Of a DNA stretch of 64,000 nt, positions 1 through 11,590 are shown one piece after another. Numbering within the stretch: position 1 is the stretch's first letter; each line of letters opens with the position of its first letter. The notes beneath the pieces were generated by a model. The model did not search any database, was not told where the DNA came from, and saw only the letters and a list, made by a program, of their open reading frames with translations. Source of the stretch: Octopus vulgaris (lineage: Eukaryota); contig OX597829.1 in the NCBI GenBank assembly GCA_951406725.2, positions 53,568,001 to 53,632,000 on the forward strand. Reading direction: 5' to 3'. The position numbers and the translations under genes were made by a program.

Positions 1-116
1 ATTATTTTCATCTTTACATTCACACATGCTTGCATCCCTCAATCCGTTCAACCAGATGGCCAGTCAGGCCAACCATATATACATGCATGCAAGCATGCAA
101 ACATGCCTACAGGTAT

Positions 117-445
117 CATCATCATCATCATCATCATTTAACATCCGTTTTCCATGCTAGCATGGGTTGGACAGTTTGACCGGGGTCTGGTAAACCATGG
201 AGGCTGCACCAGGCTCAAGTTTGATTTGGTAGTGTTTCTACAGCTGGATACCCTTCCTAACGCCAACCACTCCGTGAGTGTAGTGGGTATTTTTTATGTG
301 CCACCGGCACAGGAGCCAAAGCAGGCTGGCAAACGGCCCTGATCGGTTGGTGCTTTTATGTGTCACCGGCACGGACACCAGTCAGGCGACACTAGTAACT
401 GCCATGCTCGAACGGTGCTTTTACGTGTCACCAGCACTGGTGTTT
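117..445 (-). mobile_element. RTE-clade LINE 3' UTR fragment (family A) with (GAT)n tail
   Basis: Minus strand ends ...CATGGAAAACGGATGTTAAATGATGATGAT. The same sequence is contiguous with RTE coding sequence at 1705-2600. Further copies at ~1490-1665, 6385-6570, 12305-12920, 17290-17420, 19835-20055, 26012-26295, 32665-33360, 49585-49840, 49995-50330, 59030-59400, 60292-60625. Confidence 0.8.
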
Positions 446-457
446 TAATATATATAT

Positions 458-678
458 ACTCTTTTACTGGTTTCAGTTATTTGACAGTGGCCATGCTGGA
501 GCACTGCCTTTAGTTGAGCAAATCAATCCCAGGACTTATTCTTTGTAAGCCTAGTACTTATTCTATCAGCCTCTTTGCCAAACCGCTAAGTTTTGGTGAT
601 GTAAACACACCAGCATCAGTTGTCAAGCGATGTTGGGTGGGACAAACAAAGACACACAAACATATACACATACATATA

Positions 679-734
<56 letters not shown>

Positions 735-872
735 CACGATGGGTTTCTTTCAGTTTCCATCTACCAAATCCACTCACAAGGCTTTGGTTGGCCTGAGGCT
801 ATAGTAGAAGACACTTGCCTCTGGTGCCACACAGTGGGACTGAACCCAGAACCATGTGGTTCATAAGCAAGC
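458..872 (-). mobile_element. tRNA-derived SINE (family B) with internal (CA)/(TA) microsatellite
   Basis: Matches the ~410-bp repeat at 8166-8578, 10500-10903 and 50745-51159; tail GACTGAAAC.AGTAAAAGAG. Confidence 0.85.
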
Positions 873-902
873 TATATATATATATATATATATATACATA
901 CA

Positions 903-1185
903 ACTATTTCGTTTTTGTATTTGGTTTGCAAGATTCTTTATGTGAATTCGTGCGTTGCATATTTTATTGTGTCTGGGGAGAACCATTTCTTTTAGTGCTT
1001 TATTATTTAACACACACACCAGTTCAATTTCCACTCATTTACTTATCTATGTTTTTCTAAAATTTTTGTTGCATCTTGCAGCCTCTTCAAAATAAATAAG
1101 TAAATGAGTAGAAATCGAACCCGTGTGTGTGTGTGTGTGTTAACTAAAAAGGCACTAAAAGAGAATGACTCTCCCCAGACACAGC
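903..1185. repeat. (TA)n-embedded fold-back element with degenerate hammerhead-like core
   Basis: 967-1045 is inverted-repeated at 1096-1184. Minus 1061-1090 reads TTGAAGAG-GCTGC-AAGAT-GCAAC-AAAA. Homologous to 11390-11590. Confidence 0.6.
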
Positions 1186-1666
1186 AATATAAATATATAT
1201 ATATATATTATAAATATAGTTTTGATTACAGAGGACCCCTGAATAAGCCAGGCATATTAAAATGAAGTGTGCTGTAGATTGGCCAGACAGAATGACACGA
1301 ACCAGATAGTTAATCCATTACCATAGCACACAATGCAGTGGTGATATGATGTATGTGTGTGGGGGGTTATAAACACACACACATACATACATACATATAT
1401 ATATACACACACACATACATATATAGTACATATGTGTGTATGTGTATGTGTGTGTGTGCGCGTGTGCGCACCAAAGCATGCCTCGCCAGTGCTGGTGCCA
1501 CATAAAGACCACCCAGCCCACTCTGTAAAGTGGTTGATTTTAGGAAGAGCATCCAGCTGCAGAAACCTTGCCAAAGCAGACAGAGGATCTTGGTGCAGTC
1601 CTCTATCTTGCCAGTTTCTGTCAAACCCATACCAATATAGAAAATGGATGTTAAGTGATGATGAAA

Positions 1667-1704
<38 letters not shown>

Positions 1705-1708
<4 letters not shown>

Positions 1709-2600
1709 TTATCATCATTTAACATCTGTTGTCCATGATGGCATGGGTTGGATGGTTTGGCTGGGCTGGCACACTGGAAGGCTGCACCAGACTCAAATCT
1801 GATTTGGCATGGTTTGCTATGGCTGGATGCCCTTCCTAATGCCAACCGCTCCGAGTGTGTAATGGGTGCTTTTACATGCCACTGGTGTGGGTGTCATTTG
1901 CATGACACCAGTATCTGCCATGATTGCGATTCTAATTGACTTGGTGGATCTTTTCAAGCAAGACATTATGAGAAAAGTCTCAGTCATTCGTCATTGCCTC
2001 CACAAGGACCAACACTCGAAAGGAGTTTTTCACATGCCACCAGCATTGGCTACTTTACCTCCATGAGGCCCAATGCTCAAAAGGTGCTTTTTACATGCCA
2101 TTGGCATGGCTGCCAGATACATGCCACCAGCATCAGCCACAACTACAATCTCACTTGGCTTCACAGGTCATCTCAAGCAAGGTCTCGGTTACTAGTCTTT
2201 GCTTCTGTGAGGCCCGCAGTTCGAAGATCATGCTTAACCACCTTGTCCCACGTCTTCCTGCATCTACCTCTACCACGGGTTCCCTCCACAGTTAGAGATC
2301 ATCACTTCTTTACACAGCTGTCCTCGTCCATATGCATTACATGACAATACAAGCACAGTCATCTCTCTTGTATACCACATCTGATGCTTCTTATTCCTAA
2401 CTTTCACACAAGATGCTTACACTCTGTCAAACATACACGCTGCCATTGCACATCCAGCAAAACATGCTAGCTTCATTTCTTTCTGGCTGTTCTCAGCTGT
2501 CACAACCCATGTTTCACTGCTGTTCACACACAGGCATACAATCTGCCTTTCACTCTGAGAGAGATGCCCTTTGTTGTCAGCAGGAGTAGGAGCTCTTTGA
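1705..2600 (-). mobile_element. RTE LINE 3' fragment (end of RT ORF plus 3' UTR)
   Basis: Minus translation KFKELLLLLTTKGISLRVKGRLYACV, then a degenerate RGR.RKTW...V motif, then the family-A UTR and GAT tail. Confidence 0.8.
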
Positions 2601-2604
2601 ACTT

Positions 2605-2665
<61 letters not shown>

Positions 2666-3075
2666 TGCACACACACACACATGCATGCACACACACACAT
2701 GCACACACATACACATGCACACACACACGCACACACACACACATATATATTGGATTACATTGGAAATTCCAGATGTATAAGCAAAACTTGGAATCAAAGA
2801 GCCTTAAACTTAACTTAGCAAAGCCCAAAGTTCTTGTAAGCTGAGAAAAACAGAACAAAACTTTAATCAGGAAAATGTCCCTGCTCAATGCGTAGAAATG
2901 TGTGAGTAGGAATCCCATTTGGTGTACGCAGTATAAACTATAGACACATAAGAGATACAGTGGCAATGCCATAATGTTTACTTTAAGTTTGGCAGATACA
3001 CAGGAGCAGTAAACACATGGAAAACAGATTTTCTCAAATGCCCTGGAAGCTCCCTAAGGGTAGTAAATACCTTTT

Positions 3076-3206
3076 GTTACCTTGGCAACCTAATTAGTAG
3101 TGGAGGAGATTGTTTCAAATGTATAGATGCTAGAATTAGAATAGGATGGAGAAAATTCAGAGATCTGTTATATCTGCTGGTAACAAAAGCCCTTTTTCTC
3201 AGATTA
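3076..3206 (+). mobile_element. RTE LINE RT fragment
   Basis: YLGNLISSGGDC...ARIRIGWRKFRDLLYLLVTK, homologous to 40480-40620. Confidence 0.65.
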
Positions 3207-3234
3207 AAAAACAGATTGTGTGATGCTTGTGCCA

Positions 3235-3805
3235 TCATCACCATCATCGTCATCATCATCACCACCATCATCATCATCATCATTTAATGTCTGTTGTCCA
3301 TGCTGGCATGGGTTGGACAGTTTGACCAGGGCTGGTAAGCTGAGGGGCTGCACCAGGCACCAGTCTGATTTCTGAATGCCCATCAGAATGCCAACCACTC
3401 GAAGAATGTAATGGGTGCTTTTCTGTGCCACCAGCTTCGGTGCCAGTTGCGTGACACGGACAATGGCCACAAACTATGATTTCACTCGACATCACCAAAG
3501 GTTCAATCACTAGTCATTGCCTCCATGAGGCCCAGCATTCGAAGCCCATGCTTCATCACTTCATCCCATGTCTTCCTGGGTCTCCGTCTTCCAAAGCTTC
3601 CTTCCGCTAGTAGAGATCAGCATTTCTTCACACAGCTGTTCACATCCATACATGTCACATGACCATACCAATGCAATCGTCTCTCTCTTGCCCGCCACAT
3701 CTGATGCTTCTTATGTCCAACTTTTCCCTCGAGACATTTACACTCTGTTGTGCATGCACACTGACATTGTACATCCAGCGAAGCATACTAGCTTCATTTC
3801 TTAGT
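3235..3805 (-). mobile_element. RTE LINE 3' fragment
   Basis: Homologous to 1705-2600 (GRRRPRKTWDEVMK motif, UTR, GAT tail). Confidence 0.75.
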
Positions 3806-4671
3806 GACATGTAGGTCATGAATGCAGAATACCCAAACAAGGAAGAAATGAAATTAGCATACTCTGCTGAATGTACAATCTACATGCATGGTAAATTTGG
3901 GGGAGGGGACTAGCCAATTACATCAGCCCCACTGTTTCACTGGTACTTAATTTATCAACCTTGAAAGGATGAAAGGCAAATCATTGTGCATGCATGGTAA
4001 AGTTTAAATGTTTTGAGAGAAAAAAAACTAGACATAAGAGGCATCAGATGACATGTGCAACAGAGAAGACTGTTCTGGCATTGTTATTTAATATGTATGG
4101 ATGGAGACAGCTGCATAAAGAAGTGTTGACCTCTAATTGTGGATGGGACTTGTGAAAGATGAAGACAGGAAGACAAGGTGACATAGAGAAAATTAATGTT
4201 GAAATGTTGAATCTCATGGAAGAGATGACAAAGAACCAAGATGACCAGTAATATGCTAAGCTCAAGAAGACTCATCTACCTCAGCAAAATGAGGCCCTAA
4301 ATGCTTACTGTCATGTAGTCCTTACAATTCATCTTCCCAGTACCCATCTCTCCATCACTCTTCTAACTATTTCACTATTTTTACTCATCAACTGTAACTA
4401 TAAGAGAGCAGAGAGGCACATATTTCATCCCCTCTCCATACTTTTGTGTTATCATTTTTTGCCTCTCCTTGGCTCTATCTCAATTGTCACTCACCCCAAC
4501 ATTTCTCCAATATCATCCCTTACCACTGTATTTTCCATGGAACACCCGCTCATGTTGTGCATTACTCCCCCCTCCCCATATATATATTCACCCTACATTC
4601 TTCTGATCTTCACTACTCTCACTGAACAACCAATTCCCTTCGTGCATTTTACATCATCTCCCTATTTTTTA

Positions 4672-5325
4672 TTTACTCTTTTACTATTTTACTTGTTTCA
4701 GTCATTTGACTGTGGCCATGCTGGAGCACCGCCTTTAGTCGAGCAAATCGACCCCAGTACTTATTCTTTATAAGCCTAGTACTTATTCTATTGGTCTCCT
4801 TTGCCGAACTGCTAAGTTTTGGGACATAAACACACCAACATCGGTTGTCAAGCAATGTTGGGGGTACAAACACAGACACACAAACATACACACATATATA
4901 TATACATATATATATGATGGGCTTCTTTCAGCTTCCGTCTACCAAATCCACTCACAAGGCTTTGGTCGGCTCAAGGCTATAGTAGAAGACACTCAAGGCG
5001 GCGAGCTGGCAGAAACGTTAGCACACCGGGCGAAATGCGTAGCCGTATTTCATCTGCTGTTACGTTCTGAGTTCAAATTCCGCTGAGGTCGACTTTGCCT
5101 TTCATCCTTTCGGGGTCGATAAATTAAGTACCAGTTATGCACTGGGGTCGATGTAATCTACTTAATCCCTTTGTCTGTCCTTGTTTGTCCTCTCTGTGTT
5201 TAGCCCCTTGTGGGTAATAAAGAAATATATTGTAGAAGACAGTTGCCCAAAGTGCCAAGCAGTGGGAATGAACCCGGAACCATGTGGTTCGTAAGCAAGC
5301 TACTTACCACACAGCCACTCCTACA
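4672..5325 (-). mobile_element. SINE family B, interrupted by a family C SINE
   Basis: Family B sequence on both sides of 4995-5229. Confidence 0.85.
4997..5226 (+). mobile_element. tRNA-derived SINE (family C)
   Basis: Head GGCGGCGAGCTGGCAGAA, B-box GAGTTCAAATTCC, core GCCTTTCATCCTTTCGGGGTCGATAAA. Other copies at ~19400-19512, 20055-20215, 22745-22950, 24188-24400, 27025-27125, 34475-34690, 36416-36630, 58742-58935, 59920-60118, 60775-60950, 61101-61303. Confidence 0.85.
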
Positions 5326-5598
5326 TGCAGGTTTTTCTTTTAGAATACTGCTCTCCACCCTCCCTTTTTTTTTGCATTGCCACTCACCTCCTCTTCCCAA
5401 ACTCATTCCCACTTCTTCATCAGTGCCCCCCCCCCCCCCACTATGTGATATTCACCTCTGACCATGCCTCTTACCCTGTTTGCAACTCACAACATTCACC
5501 TGCATCCCCACCACTAACCTTCTCTCGCTCTCCTCACACTCTCACAAACCACCTTTACTTTCCTCCAGCCGAGTGTTCCTCATATTCATCATCTTGTA

Positions 5599-6154
5599 TT
5601 GGGTTGTCCAGAAAGTTCATGCCGATTTATAGTAGCTTACCTTTCGACTTATTTTAGAACATGGTTGAGTCCATAAAACAGGATTTGACTACATCTCCAT
5701 TTAGAGCACAGTTTAAGCTATCTTTTCGTGGAAGAAGATTTATGTTCCTATAACCTGTGTTAATTCTGTAACCCTTTAAAATGGAAGGTAAGAAAGTTCA
5801 TTTTCGGCACTTGATACTTTGGGAACCAGACAAAAATTGCTGCAGCTCGGCTGGGATGTGTTACCCCACCCTCCATATTCACCAGATATTGCTCCTTCGG
5901 ATTTCCACTTATTCAGGTCTCTGCAGAATAGTCTTAATGGTAAAAATTTCAATTCCTTGGATGACATGAAAAGATACCTTGCTAAATTCTTTGCCATGAA
6001 ACCTCCTCGATTCTGGGAAGAGGGTATTTTCAAGTTAAAGGAAAGATGGAGATGCATTGTGCAACAAAATGGTTCATATTTGGTTGATTAAAAATGTAAT
6101 GGCAAGTATTTATTGACCTTTTTCTTTCCTTTAAAAAACTTTCCAGCAACCCAA
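5599..6154 (+). mobile_element. Internally deleted mariner element
   Basis: TA-TTGGGTTGTCCAGAAAGTT ... AACTTTCCAGCAACCCAA-TA; encodes HPPYSPDIAPSDFHLFRSL; deletion derivative of the family at 61910-63183. Confidence 0.95.
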
Positions 6155-7744
6155 TACTTTGAAGGTGTTCCAACTCTCACCATCACCATCACCATCACCA
6201 TCATTATCTTTTTTCTCTCTCTTTCCACCTGAGATAACCATGTATCTCTTCTGCTGCAAGACACCTGTTCTCATCTCTCTTTAATACTTTAACCTCTCAA
6301 CACCTGGCATAAAGCCACCTCCCTCAATAATACACCTTCACCCACTTGAGAAGTTTTGTCTTGCAAATTACTTGGTGACTTTGCTGGGGCTGGTGCCAAG
6401 TAAAATTTACTCAGTACATGCTCTAAAGTGGTTGGCATTAGAAAGAGCATCCAGCCTCAGGAAACATGCCAAAAGCAGACACTGGAGCTTGGTGCAGTTC
6501 TCTGACCTGCTGGAACCTGTGAAACTATACCAATCCATGCTGCCATTGAACAGTGGTGATGATGATGGAAATGATGATGATGATGATGATGATGACGATG
6601 ACGACAATGATTATGATGAAAATGATGATGATGATGATGATTTATTTTTATTTACACACACAAACACAAATACACACACATACACACCCACACACGCATG
6701 CACTTCTTTTAACATCAACCTATAATGTGCATTATATATGAGAGATATCTTTTCCAAGATTTCCTCGGCTGGAAATAGCATCGCATTTTACACACGAGTG
6801 CATATTATACATGAATAAATACGTTATGTTCACTCAGGTGTACTTACACGTTTGTTTGCCCTAATTGTTGTCATAATAGGACACAGAGATATTGAGTACA
6901 CATAAACGTCTAGAACAACGAAAGACCTCATGCTCATTTATTTATAACACGCCATTAATACCATTCAATATTTACCCATTCAATACTATGAGTACAATGC
7001 CACAATGCATTTAACTAAACAGTCAACTCTTTACTGTGTTCATTATTGTATACACAACCAGGTTCATTAGCAGCTTGTTTATTATAATTTTACAGCTCTA
7101 TTGTTTACATTTTTATTGTTACAAGAATAGACAAGATAACATTTAAATTGGGACTGACTTACGTATCACTGATCGACCAGGTGTCTTTCATTATTACCTC
7201 ATTTGTAATTTTTGACAAATTCACCTGTTGGAAGAGTGCGTTATCGGTCATAGCCTTCCATGATTATATCTGACTAAAATATCTTGGAACCTAAGTGGCA
7301 AACCTTATTTTATTGTGATGTTATGACAATGAAATGCCTCCACTGCCATTACTTCAGATGCTCGGGAAGCGCCGTATAAACAGGGGCAGATGCAATTTTT
7401 CCAGTCCCCTTATATGGCCCCATCTCCTGCTGAGATGCAGTGTATCTGTATACTTATATATTTGTTCATTTATATATTTTCTTACTTTGTTGCTGGTGGT
7501 TTTTATCTTTCAAAGTTTTTGATTCGTTTACACACAACCTATGTCTGTTTTATTCTGTGTTCCTTATACATAAATAATAATTAATAATTTTTACCTGTCA
7601 ATGACTCTTTAGTTTATTCTAGACAACTCTTGATTTATTCTCAATACAACCTTTCAAGACCGCCTGAAACAAACAATGTGTTTTTACTATCTTTCGGTAC
7701 TTCTTGATATAAAAATTCACCCTAGGACCATCATCATCACCGTC

Positions 7745-8155
7745 ATGGTTCAGGGTTTAGTTCCACTGCATGGCACTTTGGGAAAATGTCTTCTACTATA
7801 GCCTCAGGCCAATTAAAGCCCTGTGAGGAGCTTTGGTTAACAGAAACTGAAAGACGTGCATTGTATATATATATAAAATATATATATATATATATTTATG
7901 TGAGTGTGTCTTTGCGTCTGCGTTTGTCTCCCCCCCCCCGTCCACCCCACTGCTACCATCACCTGACAACTGATGTTGGTGTCTTTACGTCCCCATAACT
8001 TAGTGGCTTGGCAAAAGATACCAATAGAATAGGTACTAGGCTTACAAAGAATAAGTCACGGGGTTAATTTCTTCAACTAAAAAAAACTTTTAAAGTTAAG
8101 CTCTAGCATCACCGAAGTCAAATGACTGAAGCAAGTAAAAGAATAAAAGATAAAA
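7745..8155 (+). mobile_element. SINE family B (diverged, head truncated)
   Basis: Reverse orientation of the 8166-8578 copy; tail AATGACTGAAGCAAGTAAAAGAATAAAAG. Confidence 0.8.
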
Positions 8156-8165
8156 GTATATATAT

Positions 8166-8578
8166 ACTCTCTACTCTTTACTCTTTTACTCTTTTACTTG
8201 TTTCAGTCATTTGACTGCGGCCATGCTGGAGCACCACCTATAGTCGAGTAACTTGAGCCCAGGACTTATTCCTTGTAAGCCCAGTACTTATTCTATCGGC
8301 CTCTTTTGCCAAATCGCTAAGTGACGGGGACGTAAACACACCAGCATCGGTTGTCAAGCAATGTTGGGGGGACAGACACAGACACACAAACATACATGCA
8401 CATGTATTATATATGACAGGCTTCTTTCAGTTTCCATCTACCAAATCCACTCACAAGGCTTTGGTCGGCCTGAGGCTATAGTAGAAGACACTTGCCCAAG
8501 GTGCCATGCAGTGGGACTGAACCCGGAACCGTGTGGTTGGTAAGCAAGCTACTTACCACACAGCCACTCCTGTGCCTA
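8166..8578 (-). mobile_element. SINE family B, full length
   Basis: Minus-strand head AGGCACAGGAGTGGCTGTGTGG (A-box), GGTTCAGTCCC (B-box), CCTTGGGCAAGTGTCTT core. Confidence 0.9.
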
Positions 8579-8857
8579 TATATATATATATGTATATTAG
8601 TTAATAATTAAGAGTGTTACAGATAGCACCAGCATGGTAAATCCTGATTTTAATTAATGTAAATCCCGATTTTAATTAATGTACCTCAGTGAAAATTTGT
8701 GGTTGTAGTTGCCTACTGACAGCTATTTTTAGCATACTGGTGCTATTTGTAGCACCCTTAATTATTAATTAATAATTTTTTACTTTACAGTATTTTCTTA
8801 TGCAGGCTACGCCACTTGATATCATTGTAAAGATAATATTCTCATATATATTTTTAT

Positions 8858-8872
8858 GTATATATATATACA

Positions 8873-8924
<52 letters not shown>

Positions 8925-8953
8925 CATACATATATATACATATATATATATAC

Positions 8954-8994
<41 letters not shown>

Positions 8995-9029
8995 CATACA
9001 TATATATACATATATATATATACATATAC

Positions 9030-9086
<57 letters not shown>
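8858..9086. repeat. (TA)n/(TACA)n microsatellite
   Basis: Direct reading; one of many such tracts (e.g. 9940-10185, 18825-18903, 54088-54215). Confidence 0.95.
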
Positions 9087-9089
<3 letters not shown>

Positions 9090-9396
9090 CACATGCATAT
9101 CTGCATGCATGTGGATGAAAGAAAGTAAGCACCTGACTCATTTGGTTGGAGTTTATATATATTTTATAACACGTAACTGCAGCTGAATCAAATTGCAGCA
9201 GCAGTTGGGCAAATAGCATGGAATGTGCTCATCATTCCACCAGAGGGTGCTGTGAAAAAAATAAACAACACGAGGACGGGGTACATGCAAAGTATTAATA
9301 AGATGCTCAGAGAAGGAAAGAAAGTGTGTTTTACATTTTGAGCAAAGCTCTTCTTCGGAAACAGGAGAAAGAGGGAAGTCCATTTACGTGTGTATG

Positions 9397-9438
<42 letters not shown>

Positions 9439-9551
9439 TATATCATCATCATCATCATCATCATTGTTTAGCGTCCATTTTCCATGCTGGCATGGGTTGG
9501 AATATTTGTTTTGCAAGATTTTTTATGTGAAATCGTGTGTTAAAACAGATA

Positions 9552-9936
9552 TTGTTGTATTTAGGAATGGTCATATTGCCAGTTTAGCCAATAAAAACAC
9601 ACGCACTATATATTTGGTGTTACTTTGCTTCAGCGTTATTCATTTTTTACATTAATCTTAATCTTATTTCAGCCAGAGTTCTTTCGTCACACTCCTGTGA
9701 CCTCATCAGTGGTCCTTTGCTTTCTTCTTTCTTATTTGTGTGTCTCTCCTTACTAAGAAAGAAGAAAGCAAAGGACCACTAATGTGGTCACAGGAGTGTG
9801 AAAAAAGAACTCTGGCTGAAATAAGATTAAGATTAATGTAAAAAATTAATAACGCTGAAGCAAAGTAACACCAAATATATAGTGCGTGTGTTTTTATTGG
9901 CTAAACTGGCAATATGACCATTCCTAAATACAACAA
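9552..9936. repeat. 183-bp inverted repeat (19-nt spacer)
   Basis: 9552-9734 is the reverse complement of 9754-9936 with 5 mismatches. Confidence 0.95.
9671..9715 (-). ncRNA. Minimal type I hammerhead ribozyme-like motif
   Basis: GGACCA-CTGATGA-G-GTCAC-AGGAGT-GTGAC-GAAA-GAAC-TC-TGG: core boxes, 5-bp stem II, CCA/TGG stem I. Confidence 0.65.
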
Positions 9937-9992
9937 AACATATACATATATATATATATATATACATATATATATACATATATATATATATA

Positions 9993-10072
<80 letters not shown>

Positions 10073-10112
10073 CATATATATATACATATACACACATATA
10101 TATATGTATGTA

Positions 10113-10190
<78 letters not shown>

Positions 10191-10274
10191 AAATAGAAAA
10201 TGGAGAAATATTGATCATTAACAATGGACTTACATCAATTATTATTTTTTAATTTAATACAAATAGATTGTGTC

Positions 10275-10393
10275 CCATCTGACAGCTGTTTCTGCTTCCA
10301 ATGTTATATGGTATTGCCATTGATATGCTAAAATATAATATTCATCATATTTGGTAATAAAACCAATCTGGAACAAGGTGCTTCATCAGAGTG
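10275..10393 (-). ncRNA. Hammerhead-like motif with ~90-nt stem II insert
   Basis: CACT-CTGATGA-AGC...TGGAAGCA-GAAAC-AGCT-GTC-AGATG; palindromic stem III, GUC triplet. Confidence 0.55.
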
Positions 10394-10499
10394 AAGAAAA
10401 ATACATACATAAAAGAAGTAATCTATGAGCATAATATGCTTCCATGTGTATGTCCAGAGTTAATGTCATCATTATTTTTTTTTTGTTATATTTTCTTAT

Positions 10500-10903
10500 A
10501 CTCTTTACTCTTACTCTTTTGCTTGTTTCAGTCATTTGACTGCGGCCATGCTGGAGCACCACCTTTAGTCGAGCAAATCGACCCCGGGACTTATTCTTTG
10601 TAAGCCCAGTACTTATTCTATCGGTCTCTTTTTGCCAAACCGCCAAGTGACGGGGACGTAAACACACCAGCATCGGTTGTCAAACGATGCTAGGGGAACA
10701 AACACATACACACACATACACATATATATTTACATATATACGACAGGCTTCTTTCAGTTTCCGTCTACCAAATCCACTCACAAGGCATTGGTCGGCCCGA
10801 GGCTTTTGTAGAAGACACTTGCCCAAGGTGCCACGCAGTGGGACTGAACCCGGAACCATGTGGTTGGTAAGCAAGCTACTTACCACACAGCCACTCTTGC
10901 GCC
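10500..10903 (-). mobile_element. SINE family B, full length
   Basis: Near-consensus copy with A/B boxes and tail. Confidence 0.9.
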
Positions 10904-11389
10904 TATATTTTTTATTTCTTATTTTTTATTTTTTTATTTCTGTATGTAAGCATTTAGATATGTAAATAAATAGATCAACATACAGACGGATAGGTACATA
11001 GGTTACAAGAACAGACACATATGGAGACATGGATCCACACATATAAAGATGCACATCCATACATACAAACATGGTACATAGTTACATAACACACACACAC
11101 ACACAGATATGCACACACAAGGAGACAGAGGTGCATACATATACAGACACACGCTCACACACACATACATAGAAAATACACAAACATGGACATGCAAGCA
11201 CATAAATATGCAGGATACGTACATACAGATGCACACACATACATACATATATACATATGCATACACACATATACATACATACACATGCACACATACATAC
11301 ATACGTACATGCATGCATCTATAGGCACACACTGACCCACACACATGCGCACAAACAAGCAAAAGGGAACGCAATGTAGATAACGGACA

Positions 11390-11590
11390 GAGTCAAGACT
11401 ATTGAAAAGGTTGCAAGACACAAAGAAAATTTTAGGAAAATAAAAATAAGAAAAAAGTGGAAATTTTACCGGTGAGTGTGTTACATTATAAGGCACAAAA
11501 AGAAAATGACTCTCCCCAGACACAACAGAATATGCTTCAACACACAAACTCATATAAAGAATCTTGCAAACCAAATCCAAAAACGAAATA
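11390..11590 (+). repeat. Second copy of the 903-1090 element, opposite orientation
   Basis: GACTCTCCCCAGACAC...AAGAATCTTGCAAACCAAATCCAAAAACGAAAT is shared with the reverse complement of 905-985. Confidence 0.7.

Noticed and set aside
7163-7290. Minus-strand segment ending in GTAAGT with a faint F-box-like peptide (SWKAMTDNALFQQVNLS)
   Set aside because: In-frame stop just upstream, weak acceptor, and similarity too slight to support.
8800-9219. Long YI/HT/VC/poly-residue ORFs here and throughout the ORF track
   Set aside because: Translations of microsatellites, not genes.
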